Positions 18,578 to 29,333 of a DNA stretch of 33,798 bases are shown one piece after another (positions within the stretch are counted from its first letter, which is position 1; the number at the start of each line of letters is the position of its first letter). Below the pieces are notes generated by a model. The model was not told the origin of the DNA and made no database searches. It saw nothing but the letters and a program-made list of their open reading frames with translations. A program made the translations under genes and the position numbers. The DNA lies in assembly GCA_030637025.1 (NCBI GenBank), contig DAOVVV010000002.1, forward strand, positions 62,001 through 95,798, given 5' to 3'. Source of the stretch: Clostridia bacterium. Lineage in GTDB: Bacteria; CBDUZB01; JAGLHV01.

Positions 18578-20376
18578 TCATCCATTTTAAGTACACTTAT
18601 AAAAGCTTCCTGCGGAATTTCCGCTCTTCCCAATTTTTTCATCTTTTTTTTACCTTCTTTTTGTTTTTCCAGCAATTTTCGTTTACGGGAAACATCACCC
18701 CCGTAACATTTTGCTATTACATCTTTACGTAATGCCTTCACTGTTTCCCTGGTTATTATTTTATTATTTATTTGAGCCTGGATAGGAACCTCAAATTGTT
18801 GACGCGGAATAAGTTTACGAAGCCTTTCTGCCATTTTCTTCCCTCTACTTAAAGCTTTATCCTTATGAATAATAAAAGATAACGCATCCACAACCTTATA
18901 ACTAATAAGTATATCCAATCGAACTAAATGCGATTTACGAAATCCTATATGTTCATAATCAAAAGAAGCATATCCTTTACTCACAGATTTCATTTTATCG
19001 TAAAAATCCAATACAACCTCGGCTAACGGCAACTCGTAAGTTAAAATTACCTGCTTAGAAGTTATATATTGCATATCAATAAAAATTCCCCGATAACCCT
19101 GTACTAATTTCATTATTGACCCTACAAATTCTGAAGGAAGAACAATAGTCCCCTTAATAAAAGGTTCCTCCATATCTTTTATCTGGTTAACCGGAGGAAA
19201 CAAAGCAGGATTATCTATCTGGACAACTTCACCGTTAATAGAAATAATGCGATACATAACATTAGGAGATGTAATTATCAAATTTAAATTATATTCTCTT
19301 TCCAATCTTTCCTTTATAATATCCATATGCAGTAAACCTAAAAAACCACACCGAAAACCAAATCCCAGAGCAGAAGAAGTCTCCGGATTAAAAGAAAAAG
19401 AAGAATCACACAGGTTTAATTTTTCCAATGCCTGCCGTAACAACACGTAATCGCTGGTATTTATCGGGTAAAATCCGCAAAAAACAAAAGGTTTTACTTC
19501 TTTGTACCCAGGATGCGGACAAGCAGCGGGATGCAAAGAATCCGTAATCGTATCTCCTATCTTCACACTATGTACATTTTTTATTCCTGCCATCAGATAA
19601 CCTACTTCTCCGGCAGAAAGTTCTAAAGATGGAGCAAGTTCTAAATGAAACATTCCTACCTGCAATACTTCAAAAACAGATCCGGAAAGCATCATTTTTA
19701 TTTTCATATTTGGTTTAACCTTTCCATCCAGCACCTTTATATAAATTACTACTCCCTGATAAGAATCAAAAACAGAATCAAAAATCAATGCCCGTAAAGG
19801 CTTTTTTTTACTTCCCTGGGGAGGAGGTATTCTTTTTACAACACTTTCTAATACTTCTTTAGTTCCTATCCCTTGTTTAGCACTGGTTAAAATAGGCTCT
19901 TCTTTTAGTCCCAGGGTGTCTACTATCTGTTCCTTTACACTTTCTACATCGGCATGGGGTAAATCAATTTTATTTATTATCGGAATAATTAATAAATTAC
20001 TTTGTCTGGCCAAATATACATTAGCTATAGTTTGGGCTTCTATTCCTTGAGAAGCATCCACTAATAAAAGAACACCTTCACAAGCAGCCATACTGCGGGA
20101 AACTTCATAGGTAAAATCTACATGTCCGGGAGTATCAATTAAATTTAAAATATATTCACATTTATCTTCAGCGTAATACTTCAATCTGATAGCCCTGGCC
20201 TTAATCGTAATACCTCTCTCTCTTTCTAATTCCATCCCATCTAAAACCTGTTCTTTCATCCGACGGGGATTCACTGTTTTAGTATATTCGAGAATTCTAT
20301 CAGCTAAAGTAGATTTTCCATGATCAATATGTGCAATAATAGAAAAATTTCTAATCTTCGATAAATCCGTTGCCAA
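18574..20376 (-). CDS. lepA: Translation elongation factor 4
   Basis: [54 protein letters not shown]. Confidence 0.98.
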   Translation of the reverse strand: MATDLSKIRNFSIIAHIDHGKSTLADRILEYTKTVNPRRMKEQVLDGMELERERGITIKARAIRLKYYAEDKCEYILNLIDTPGHVDFTYEVSRSMAACEGVLLLVDASQGIEAQTIANVYLARQSNLLIIPIINKIDLPHADVESVKEQIVDTLGLKEEPILTSAKQGIGTKEVLESVVKRIPPPQGSKKKPLRALIFDSVFDSYQGVVIYIKVLDGKVKPNMKIKMMLSGSVFEVLQVGMFHLELAPSLELSAGEVGYLMAGIKNVHSVKIGDTITDSLHPAACPHPGYKEVKPFVFCGFYPINTSDYVLLRQALEKLNLCDSSFSFNPETSSALGFGFRCGFLGLLHMDIIKERLEREYNLNLIITSPNVMYRIISINGEVVQIDNPALFPPVNQIKDMEEPFIKGTIVLPSEFVGSIMKLVQGYRGIFIDMQYITSKQVILTYELPLAEVVLDFYDKMKSVSKGYASFDYEHIGFRKSHLVRLDILISYKVVDALSFIIHKDKALSRGKKMAERLRKLIPRQQFEVPIQAQINNKIITRETVKALRKDVIAKCYGGDVSRKRKLLEKQKEGKKKMKKLGRAEIPQEAFISVLKMDD

Positions 20377-20487
20377 TTTCTGTCTCTCCTTTTAAATTTT
20401 TTAACCTCTATATAAAAAAACAAATTCTAAATTATTGAAAAAAACATTTCTTTCCAATATGAAAATATTTACCATAAATCAAATAAA

Positions 20488-21579
20488 TCATGAATTTTTC
20501 TTTAAAAAATCAATTAAAGGTATCGAGGAAGGATTAACTTCCCTGTTTTCAGCCAAATAGACACTTACGAAATCACCTAATAAAATCAAATAAAACAAAC
20601 GAGCAAGTAATGTATTTCCCTCTGCCCATACCTCTTCATACTCAATTCTTCTTCGGACAAGAATAATTTTAAAAATTTCTATACATTTTTTTAAATCTTC
20701 ATCTTCCTGTTTGTCTCTCAAAATAATTAAACGTAACCTTTCAAATGGAAATTTATTCTGTCCCCACGCTTCTATTTCATTATGATTAAGTTGGGGAAAT
20801 AAATTGGTCAACACAAAAGCTTTAGCATTCTCATTAAATTGACCTTTCCAGCGACTAACACAAGCTCTTAAATAACTTGCCCCATAAATTATCGGGATTT
20901 TATTTCCAATGTTCTGAGCAATTTTTCTGGCCAAATTTTCTGCCCCTACAATTTCAGGACCGACATCCGAAACAATTTTTCCCAAAACTTTTAATACTTC
21001 CCTCAACTGCTCTTCATTTTCATTTATTAACTTTAATTTTTCCAGCCCCCTTAACAAAGGGAAAAAAAGAAAACCCAAACTAGCCCGGGGAGGAAAACCT
21101 TCCGGCACTTTAATATAAGGAACGTTATCCTTTAAACATTCTTCTTCCAATTTTCCACCGGAAGTAATAGCAAATATTAAAGCATTTTTCATTTGAGCAT
21201 CATAATAATTATTTAAAGTTTCTTGAGTATTTCCCGAATAACTGGTTACAAAAACCAAACTTTTCCTGTCTATCCAGGAAGGAAGCATATCTCCCTGGTT
21301 AACAAAAAAAGGAACAGCCATTTCTCTATTGATATAATCACCTAATAAATCTGATCCAATTCCCGAACCTCCTATACCACAAGCAACAACATTATCTATT
21401 TTTCTTTGTCTTTCATTTTTATCTCTAAAATCTTTTCCATCCCACCCACCACAAACAATATAAGAATTATCCTCTCCTTTTTCAAGATAAGCATCCCAGA
21501 AAGTATCGGAGATTAGTATTGCATCTTTACATTGTTGAGGAAATTTTATTAAATAATCTAACATATTTAAATACATCAT
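20488..21579 (-). CDS. Bifunctional phosphoglucose/phosphomannose isomerase (SIS domain)
   Basis: GIGGSGIG, SYSGNTQET, TSGGKL, PPRASL, RWKGQFNENAK, HNEIE. Confidence 0.9.
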   Translation of the reverse strand: MMYLNMLDYLIKFPQQCKDAILISDTFWDAYLEKGEDNSYIVCGGWDGKDFRDKNERQRKIDNVVACGIGGSGIGSDLLGDYINREMAVPFFVNQGDMLPSWIDRKSLVFVTSYSGNTQETLNNYYDAQMKNALIFAITSGGKLEEECLKDNVPYIKVPEGFPPRASLGFLFFPLLRGLEKLKLINENEEQLREVLKVLGKIVSDVGPEIVGAENLARKIAQNIGNKIPIIYGASYLRACVSRWKGQFNENAKAFVLTNLFPQLNHNEIEAWGQNKFPFERLRLIILRDKQEDEDLKKCIEIFKIILVRRRIEYEEVWAEGNTLLARLFYLILLGDFVSVYLAENREVNPSSIPLIDFLKKNS

Positions 21580-23288
21580 ATTCTTATTCCTCTTTTTCTT
21601 AAAACTTTTTTTATCTCTTCATTATCCGATAAACTCAATATTTCATCGGCTAACTGTTTGGTTTCTTCTATTTTTATTGATCTAATAATTCTTTTTACTT
21701 TGGGAATACTAATAGCACTCATACTAAACTCTCTCAACCCCAGGCCTAAAAGTATCATAGTTACCGCCGGATCAGCAGCCATTTCTCCACACATTGCCAC
21801 CCCACTACGGGATTTTTTTCCCGTTTGAATAATTTCTTTTAACAAACGTAAAATCGATAAATGCAAAGGTTCGTATAAATGAGTTACGTTTTCGTTCACC
21901 CTGTCTACAGCTAATAAATATTGAATTAAATCATTAGTTCCGATACTTAAAAAATCAGACTCTTGTACTAAAATATCTACCACTAAAGCGGCAGAAGGAA
22001 CCTCTATCATCACTCCTACTTCTATATCATTGTCAAAATCAATCTTTTTTCTCCGTAAATCATCCTTTACTTCTTCCAATATCTTATTTGCCTGACGTAA
22101 TTCTTCAATTCCTGAAATCATCGGATACATAATTTTTAATTTACCTTTTACACTAGCCCGTAAAATAGCGCGTAATTGGGTTTTAAAAATATCCGGGTAT
22201 TTTAAACAAAACCGGATAGCTCTCAGCCCCAAAAAAGGATTTCTTTCGGGAGCAAGTTTAAATTGTTGTGAAAATTTATCTCCGCCCAAATCCAAAGTCC
22301 TTATTGTTACCGAATAAGGTAACATGTTTTTTGCCACTGCTTTATAACTTTCATACTGTTCTTCTTCAGAAGGAAAATCTTTTCTATTCATATATAAATA
22401 TTCGGTACGATATAATCCAATCCCGCTAGCCCCGTGAGATAAAACAGATTTTATTTCTTCCGGAACTTCAATATTAGCTATTAAATTAATTTTATGCCCG
22501 TCTAAAGTAACTGCCGGAAAATCTTTTAATTTCTCTAAATCCTTTTCTTCCGCTAAAAATATCTGTTGCTCTCTATAATAATTCTCCAGGGTACTAGTAT
22601 CCGGATTAATAATAACTATTCCCTGATTCCCATCAAGAATAATCATATCTCCATCCTTAATATTTCTGGTAATATCTCTTAATCCTACTACTGCCGGAAT
22701 TTCCAATGAATGGGCCATAATGGCGACATGGGATGTTTTTCCACCTATATCCGTGGCAAATCCAATTACTTTCTCTTCTCTCATAGCAATAGTATCGGAA
22801 GGAGTTAAATTATGTGCAACTACTATTACCTGAGATTCTAATTGATTCAAAGCTATTCTTTCCCGCCCCAGGAGATGCCTTAATACCTTACGTCCCACAT
22901 TATAAATATCCTGCCCTCTTTCTTTGAAATATTCATCATCAATTTCTTCAAAAAAAAGCAGTACATTTTCCATAACCTGATGTAGAGCATACTCTGCAGA
23001 AACTTTTTCTTTGGCAATCATCTCAACTGTATCTTCCCGCAACATTGTATCGTCAAGAATTAAAAGATAGGCATCAAATAAACGGGCATGTTTTTTACCT
23101 AATCGCTGTAAAGCTTTTTTTTTAGTATGAACCATTTCCTGTTTAGTTTTATTTAATGCCTTTCGAAAACGGAAAATCTCAGACTTTTCATCGTCAATTT
23201 TTCTCTTTTGAATAATAAAATCTTCTTCTTCTAAAACAAATACCGGTCCAATAACAATACCCGGAGAAGCAGCAATTCCTCTATACAT
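21576..23288 (-). CDS. ptsI: PTS enzyme I
   Basis: GIAASPG, GGKTSH phospho-His, GIGLYRTE, RTLDLGGDK, NPFLGLRAIR, SIGTNDL, CGEMA. Confidence 0.97.
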   Translation of the reverse strand: MYRGIAASPGIVIGPVFVLEEEDFIIQKRKIDDEKSEIFRFRKALNKTKQEMVHTKKKALQRLGKKHARLFDAYLLILDDTMLREDTVEMIAKEKVSAEYALHQVMENVLLFFEEIDDEYFKERGQDIYNVGRKVLRHLLGRERIALNQLESQVIVVAHNLTPSDTIAMREEKVIGFATDIGGKTSHVAIMAHSLEIPAVVGLRDITRNIKDGDMIILDGNQGIVIINPDTSTLENYYREQQIFLAEEKDLEKLKDFPAVTLDGHKINLIANIEVPEEIKSVLSHGASGIGLYRTEYLYMNRKDFPSEEEQYESYKAVAKNMLPYSVTIRTLDLGGDKFSQQFKLAPERNPFLGLRAIRFCLKYPDIFKTQLRAILRASVKGKLKIMYPMISGIEELRQANKILEEVKDDLRRKKIDFDNDIEVGVMIEVPSAALVVDILVQESDFLSIGTNDLIQYLLAVDRVNENVTHLYEPLHLSILRLLKEIIQTGKKSRSGVAMCGEMAADPAVTMILLGLGLREFSMSAISIPKVKRIIRSIKIEETKQLADEILSLSDNEEIKKVLRKRGIRI

Positions 23289-23320
23289 AATTTGTCTCCT
23301 TTTTTCTAAAAAAGATATGA

Positions 23321-23596
23321 TTATTCTTCACCAAATTTAGTATTGATTAAATCTTCTATCATACTTAAAGCTTCTTGTTCGTCTTTTCCCTCAGCAACAA
23401 TTTTAATTTTACTCCCAAATTCGGCAGCTAACATCATTAAACCCATAATACTTTTACCATTTACCTGTTGCTCTTTTTTATCTGCACGACTTACCCCTAT
23501 TTTCGATTCAAATTTACTGGCTAATTGAACAAAAATCGCTGCAGAACGTGCATGCAACCCTAATTTATTTTTTATCGTAAATATACCTTTAACCAT
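23321..23596 (-). CDS. ptsH: Phosphocarrier protein HPr
   Basis: NKLGLHAR (His15) and NGKSIMGL (Ser46). Confidence 0.96.
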   Translation of the reverse strand: MVKGIFTIKNKLGLHARSAAIFVQLASKFESKIGVSRADKKEQQVNGKSIMGLMMLAAEFGSKIKIVAEGKDEQEALSMIEDLINTKFGEE

Positions 23597-23615
23597 TTTA
23601 CTTTTCGTTTCCTTA

Positions 23616-24392
23616 TCATATTAAATTAAAATACGAAATCAAAATTGATCCGGCTATTAGACCGTAAAATAATTTCATCTGCGACCATCCGCGATAATTC
23701 AAAAAAGAAAAAAACATAAAAAAACTAAAAAAAAGAACCCTTTTATTCCAGGATAATAAATTATTTCCTAAAACAATAAATAAAGTCATTCCTATAAAAC
23801 ACAAACTAATTAACCGGACTAAATGTATAATTCTTAACCAATCTGTTTTACTTACCACATTTATTAATTGTGTTTTCAAATGATATCCCATCCACATTCC
23901 TACATTTTGTACGATTAAATGAACAATATTATAAAAAAATAAAAAAAGACAAGGGGCTACCCAATAAATAAAAGTTTTTTCCCTATTTAATAAAAAAATA
24001 CATATTCCTATTGCCACGGTAAAAGGACGCCAGGTGGCCCAAAAAAAAGAATCACCCAATGCCGCAAAAGGGCCGGCCATACATGATTTAATTTGCGAAA
24101 TAAATTCAGGACATCTATCTTTTTTAAAAGCTGCCTCCTCTTCTAAAGAAATAATTATTCCCAATAAAGGAGCAGCCATATAAGGATGGGTATTAAAAAA
24201 TTCCAAATGCTGCCGCAAAATTTGTTTTCGCTTATTTTCTTCGGGATAAAGCCTTTTAATTATCGGAAAAAGAACATACAGACATCCTAAATTTTGCATC
24301 CGCTCGAAATTCCAAAATATTTCTATAAAAAAAGAACGCAAAGAAGCAAAAAACAAATCAATTATTCTTATTTTCCGGGGATTATTACTCAT
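23616..24392 (-). CDS. PTS mannose/fructose/sorbose family EIID
   Basis: WNFERMQNLG, HLEFFNTHP, MAGPFAALGDSFFW. Confidence 0.92.
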   Translation of the reverse strand: MSNNPRKIRIIDLFFASLRSFFIEIFWNFERMQNLGCLYVLFPIIKRLYPEENKRKQILRQHLEFFNTHPYMAAPLLGIIISLEEEAAFKKDRCPEFISQIKSCMAGPFAALGDSFFWATWRPFTVAIGICIFLLNREKTFIYWVAPCLFLFFYNIVHLIVQNVGMWMGYHLKTQLINVVSKTDWLRIIHLVRLISLCFIGMTLFIVLGNNLLSWNKRVLFFSFFMFFSFLNYRGWSQMKLFYGLIAGSILISYFNLI

Positions 24393-24456
24393 CTTCTTTT
24401 CATTTATCCTGATAATTTTTTTATCTTTTTAATTCATCAAAAATTATTATTTAGTT

Positions 24457-25101
24457 TTAAATACAAGGTTTTTTATTTTTTTCGTGTCTGCTTGAAAAAA
24501 CATTCCAGGCTATGGCAAACCCCAAAAAGGGCAATAATTCATAAGCAAATTTTAACCCTTTTTTAAAAGGGGAATTCATAATTTTTAAAATAGCGGCTAT
24601 CACAGGGGTCGTAATCACTAAAGCAAAAAAATAAAACAAAAAAGAGCTAACAAAAACAGTTAATATTACTGCCCATTTAAGAAAAACAATCTTGTTTAGT
24701 TTGTCTTTTTCTATCCATTCTTCAATCCAACGATTACATAATTTGTTTTTATATCTCCACCAAACATCCACCTTCTTAAATAGCCACCCATAAGGAATAG
24801 CTAAAGCCATTGATAAAACCACAATTTCCCCGGAGAATTTTCCAGATAAAATAACCAAACCGGCAGATAATATTCCTATTGCACCTGTATTCCAGGGAAT
24901 TGCCACCCCCATAGAAATACCGCCTATCCACATCAATTCTACCAAAGCCCCTACTAAAATACCTGTTTGGATTTCACCTAGTATTAACCCAACAATGGTC
25001 CCGGCAACGAAAGGACGATAAAGCATCATCTGCCCAACGACCCGGGAATCCAGATTTAATATTCCTCCAATAATACTTATCCACAAAATCTTATAAAACA
25101 T
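24457..25101 (-). CDS. PTS mannose/fructose/sorbose family EIIC
   Basis: LD...GQMMLYRP.VAG..VGLILG....G..VGALVELMWIG; hydrophobic; adjacent to EIID. Confidence 0.88.
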   Translation of the reverse strand: MFYKILWISIIGGILNLDSRVVGQMMLYRPFVAGTIVGLILGEIQTGILVGALVELMWIGGISMGVAIPWNTGAIGILSAGLVILSGKFSGEIVVLSMALAIPYGWLFKKVDVWWRYKNKLCNRWIEEWIEKDKLNKIVFLKWAVILTVFVSSFLFYFFALVITTPVIAAILKIMNSPFKKGLKFAYELLPFLGFAIAWNVFSSRHEKNKKPCI

Positions 25102-25194
25102 TTTTTTTCCTTCTTTAATCCTAAAACAATATCTCTCACTTAAATTTTAATTGCACAGCAACAGAAATAATAATAAACAATATTTTACGGCTTT

Positions 25195-27384
25195 TTAATT
25201 AAACGCATCGACCGTGGAGTCCTCGTATGTTTTTATCAACTTATTAATTTCAATTTTAAATGGCTGATTATTTTTCAACTTTATTTTCCAGTTAGGTAAA
25301 ACTACCGATTCCTGATATCCTTTTTCCAATCCACCTTCGGATAAAGAAACAGTTTCTATCGGAAAATACCACACAGAACAAGGCAGATTAAAAATCATGT
25401 TTATATCTAAACCATGGTACTTATCCCTCATTCCAAACCGAGAAGTTTCAGGGGTTATGTCAGAAAAAGAAAACAAATTATTTTCCAAAGTAATACCCGG
25501 AATATAATAATGACATAGAGAATCATAAGGATTAGAAAAAGAAAAATTAAATTCCGGAGCAAACCAAACACAAATCGACTTCTTTCCCAAATTAACAATT
25601 TCATAATTAATCAGCATGCCTTCCTGATGAAAAGTAATAATCTTTTTTACACAAACAGGGACACTTGAATCATCCGCCCATACATTTCCTTCCCTTTCCA
25701 AACACAAAATTGTTTTATTTTTTTCTTTTTTCACGTGCGAAAAATAAGGTTGATTAATGAAATCACCTTGCTCACCGTAATGACATTTCTTAAAACCATT
25801 AAGATCAGTGTCAGGATGAAGAAAATGATCCAATAAAGAACTTCTGGAATACCAATCATAAACCAAATAATCTTTCAACCCTTTTTCTTTTTCTTTGACT
25901 AAATTATGAATAGATGCCGGCTGATGAGAACTAACTTCTTTTTGATTATCCGTATTATCTAATAATCTCCGATGATAAGTTTCTTTAGTCCTTTTTAATG
26001 TATTAATAATATTTACATTTTTAGGTTTATAATCCAACTCAAACAAAGAACCACCTTTATTTAAGTCAAAATAAAAATTAAATACAGGATTGCTAATTAA
26101 AATTTCCTCTTCCCCATCAGCATTAAAATCTATCCGCTCCACTTCCTGCCAAAACTTTTCTGTCGAATAAAAATATAAATCAGTAATTTTTTCAGACTTG
26201 ATTAAATGTTCATAAATTGCATTACGTAAATGCCCCAGATAAAGTCCTCCAAAAACACCATGCCAATAAGAACAATTACATTGCCCCTGCCAAAGTTCAT
26301 CATAAGCTTCTTCCAGATGTAATTTAGCAGTTGTATCTTTTCTTTTTTCTACTATATTTTTCATTTTATCAACCTTATTGCTCACATATAACATTTTCTT
26401 ATGCATATTATTACTTTCCGGATATTTAGTAAAAAAATTCCACCAGAGACCACCCTTTATAAACCTTCTCCATTGCTCTGCATCGGGTAAATGTTTTATT
26501 TTCTCTTCCAGGTCTTCCAATTCCATCTGAGCCGAAGGCAATAAAGACCATTTCATCATTTCCTCATAAGAAGCCAAAGGCAAATATATTCTACCTTTTG
26601 ATTTATGACTCTTTAAATATTGGGAAAAAGTAGTAGAAATCAGCCACTTTTTATTTTTCTCCAACATATTAAAAAAATTCCTTAACCATTTATCCTGATA
26701 AACATGTTTAAAAGTTTCCGGCCAAACTCCAAACTTTTCTCCATCATCCGCCATTACTAAAAGAGATCCGTTTCTATCAGCTCTACTCTTAAAATAATCC
26801 AAAATGTCATCCGGCATAGCAAAGGGAATCATATAACGTAATTTCTTATTAATAGGAAAAACTTTTAAAGTTTCTCCTTCCTGCTCTGTAGTATAATATC
26901 CTCCCAAATCAGCATCATAAAGGCCTGCCATTTTGAAATGGGTATCATCAACCACAACATATTCTATACCTGTCTTAACTAATACTTTAACCAGATTTTG
27001 ATCCCATATCCGCTCTGCTAACCACATTCCTTTGGGTTGGCAACCTATATTTTCCTTTATGAATTTAGTTAATTTTTCAATCTGCCCTATTTTATCCCTA
27101 TCCGGTAAAAAAGGTAATATTGGTTCATAAAAACCACCGGTCATTATCTCTACCTGTCCCCGATTTACCATTGAAATAATATTCTCCAATAAAGCAGGAT
27201 AATTTTTCTTTATCCAGGAAAGAAGTATCCCTGAATAATGCAGAGTTAATTTTATATGGGGGTACTCTTTTAATACTTCAAAGAAAGGCAAATAAGCATT
27301 TTCACATGCCCAATGAAAAACATGCTCAAAATTACCTACGGGTTGATGATTATGAAGTCCAAAAGTAAAATATATTTTTTTCAT
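25195..27384 (-). CDS. GH57 alpha-amylase/4-alpha-glucanotransferase (DUF1925/DUF1926-type C-terminus)
   Basis: HNHQPVGN, GGFYEPIL, GMWLAERIW (nucleophile Glu), DDGEKFGVWP (acid/base Asp), QCNCSYWHGVFGGLYL. Confidence 0.92.
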   Translation of the reverse strand: MKKIYFTFGLHNHQPVGNFEHVFHWACENAYLPFFEVLKEYPHIKLTLHYSGILLSWIKKNYPALLENIISMVNRGQVEIMTGGFYEPILPFLPDRDKIGQIEKLTKFIKENIGCQPKGMWLAERIWDQNLVKVLVKTGIEYVVVDDTHFKMAGLYDADLGGYYTTEQEGETLKVFPINKKLRYMIPFAMPDDILDYFKSRADRNGSLLVMADDGEKFGVWPETFKHVYQDKWLRNFFNMLEKNKKWLISTTFSQYLKSHKSKGRIYLPLASYEEMMKWSLLPSAQMELEDLEEKIKHLPDAEQWRRFIKGGLWWNFFTKYPESNNMHKKMLYVSNKVDKMKNIVEKRKDTTAKLHLEEAYDELWQGQCNCSYWHGVFGGLYLGHLRNAIYEHLIKSEKITDLYFYSTEKFWQEVERIDFNADGEEEILISNPVFNFYFDLNKGGSLFELDYKPKNVNIINTLKRTKETYHRRLLDNTDNQKEVSSHQPASIHNLVKEKEKGLKDYLVYDWYSRSSLLDHFLHPDTDLNGFKKCHYGEQGDFINQPYFSHVKKEKNKTILCLEREGNVWADDSSVPVCVKKIITFHQEGMLINYEIVNLGKKSICVWFAPEFNFSFSNPYDSLCHYYIPGITLENNLFSFSDITPETSRFGMRDKYHGLDINMIFNLPCSVWYFPIETVSLSEGGLEKGYQESVVLPNWKIKLKNNQPFKIEINKLIKTYEDSTVDAFN

Positions 27385-27519
27385 TTTTTTTTCTTAATTA
27401 ACCAGATTTAAATTCATTATAAACATATAAATCTATCCTTCAAGTTTTTAAATCCTTTGTTTTTCTAAATTGTATATTCTTATCTGCTGTCTTTATGATG
27501 AACAATAAACAAATGTTTT

Positions 27520-27996
27520 TTATTTAATATAATCCATAATATTTTTGCGCTCATCCAAAGGAAGCAATCTTACTTCCAAATTTATTCCTAACTGTTCAAG
27601 TTTCATGAAAGCATTTTTATCTTCCTCATCAATTGAGATAGAAGGTAAAATATATTTTTTCCCTGATGAATAATGCATTCCTCCTATATTAACAGAATCT
27701 ATTTCCATTCCGGTTCTTATTAACTTTAAAACATCATGAGGAGAAGTCACCAGAACCAATAGATTATAGTCATCAAGATATCTATTCTTTACCCTCTCTG
27801 CAATTTCTCCAAAACTAAAAACCTCAACTTTAATAGAAGAAGGAACTACCATGTTAAATAAAACTCTTTGCATCGGATCATTTGATATCTTATCATTAAT
27901 AATCACGATACAATTTACATTAATATATTTAAGCCATCCCTCTACTATCTGACCGTGAATAAGTCTGTCATCTATACGAATTAAAACTAATTTCAC
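27520..27996 (-). CDS. PTS mannose-family EIIB
   Basis: RIDDRLIHGQ phospho-His motif, NIGGMH. Confidence 0.93.
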   Translation of the reverse strand: MKLVLIRIDDRLIHGQIVEGWLKYINVNCIVIINDKISNDPMQRVLFNMVVPSSIKVEVFSFGEIAERVKNRYLDDYNLLVLVTSPHDVLKLIRTGMEIDSVNIGGMHYSSGKKYILPSISIDEEDKNAFMKLEQLGINLEVRLLPLDERKNIMDYIK

Positions 27997-28427
27997 TTTT
28001 TATTCAACCTCTCTAAAAAAACATTTTTAGTATCTATTATACTTTCTTTGCCTTTCCTGCAAATCTCTTTAACCAATAAGGACAGTTCCATATTTGACCG
28101 AAGTGAAAATGTTTTTAATAACATTGGCAAATTAACACCACTTATAATTTCCAATTTGTCTTCTTGTATAAAAGGGAAACACGCATTACAAGGTGTTCCT
28201 CCAAACATATCAACGAAAACTAACGCCCCTTTTTGTCCACACACTTTTTCTTTTGCTTTTTTTAATTTTTCCCTTGCCGTATCCAGGTTGTCATTACAAA
28301 ACAAAGAAATCACTTCTACTTTTTCCTGAACACCTATAATTTCTTCCACTACCGAAAACAACTCCTTACCAAAATTATAATGGGTAATAATTATTATTCC
28401 TATCAATTTATTTTTTTGTTCTTTCAT
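27993..28427 (-). CDS. PTS mannose-family EIIA
   Basis: IIIITH, VDMFGGTPCN, ISGVNLPMLL. Confidence 0.92.
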   Translation of the reverse strand: MKEQKNKLIGIIIITHYNFGKELFSVVEEIIGVQEKVEVISLFCNDNLDTAREKLKKAKEKVCGQKGALVFVDMFGGTPCNACFPFIQEDKLEIISGVNLPMLLKTFSLRSNMELSLLVKEICRKGKESIIDTKNVFLERLNKK

Positions 28428-28460
28428 TGGAAATATTCTCTTTAAAAGGTAATAAGAATT

Positions 28461-29333
28461 TTATTTTTTTTCTATATCACGATGTATAACTTTTATATTT
28501 ATACCCCTTTTTTCCAAAAGGCATTTCAATTCATTAATCAGCACTACCGAACGATGTCTCCCACCCGTACATCCAATTGCTATGGTTAAATAATATTTTC
28601 CCTCTTTTATATAGTGTGGCAATAAAAACATTATTAAATCAAAAAATTTTTTTATAAATTTTTTAGTGGAACTTTTACTCATTACAAAATCACGAACCTC
28701 AATCTGGTTTCCGGTAAAACATTTTAACTCTTTTACATATTGTGGATTAGATAAAAACCGAACATCCATCACTACATCCGCATCTAAAGGAAGACCATAT
28801 TTATAACCAAAAGAAAGCAACCGAAAATTAAGCTTCGTTTTCCCTTTAATTTTTAAACAAAAAGAATTAATAATTTCCTTTAGTTCATTAAGATTAAAAT
28901 TAGTAGTATCAATAATTTTATCAGCTTTTCCTTCAAATTCCTGTAATTTCTCCCTTTCTTTTTTAATCCCACTCAAAATTGCTTCTTCATTTTTAGCTAA
29001 AGGATGTCTTCTTCTTGTTTCGCTATATCGTCGAACCAAAATTTCATCGGAAGCATCCAAAAAAATTATTTTATATTTAATTTTCATTTCTTTCAATTTT
29101 TGTAGAGAATAAAACAGGTCATCTAGAAATTCTCCCTCTCTTATATCAATTCCCAAAGCTACTTTAACCATTTTACTTCCGGATCTCAAACAAATCTCTG
29201 CAAATTTAGGAATAAGAGTGGTTGGCAAATTATCAACACAAAAAAAACCTATATCTTCAAGACATTTTATTGCCTGACTTTTCCCTGCACCTGAAATTCC
29301 GGTAACAATTATAAATTCTACATTAATTTTCAC
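28461..29333 (-). CDS. rapZ: RNase adaptor RapZ/YvcJ-family P-loop protein
   Basis: TGISGAGKS, CVDNLP, RRYSETRRRHPL, SFGYKYG, DVRFL.NP, GCTGGRHRSV. Confidence 0.95.
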   Translation of the reverse strand: MKINVEFIIVTGISGAGKSQAIKCLEDIGFFCVDNLPTTLIPKFAEICLRSGSKMVKVALGIDIREGEFLDDLFYSLQKLKEMKIKYKIIFLDASDEILVRRYSETRRRHPLAKNEEAILSGIKKEREKLQEFEGKADKIIDTTNFNLNELKEIINSFCLKIKGKTKLNFRLLSFGYKYGLPLDADVVMDVRFLSNPQYVKELKCFTGNQIEVRDFVMSKSSTKKFIKKFFDLIMFLLPHYIKEGKYYLTIAIGCTGGRHRSVVLINELKCLLEKRGINIKVIHRDIEKK

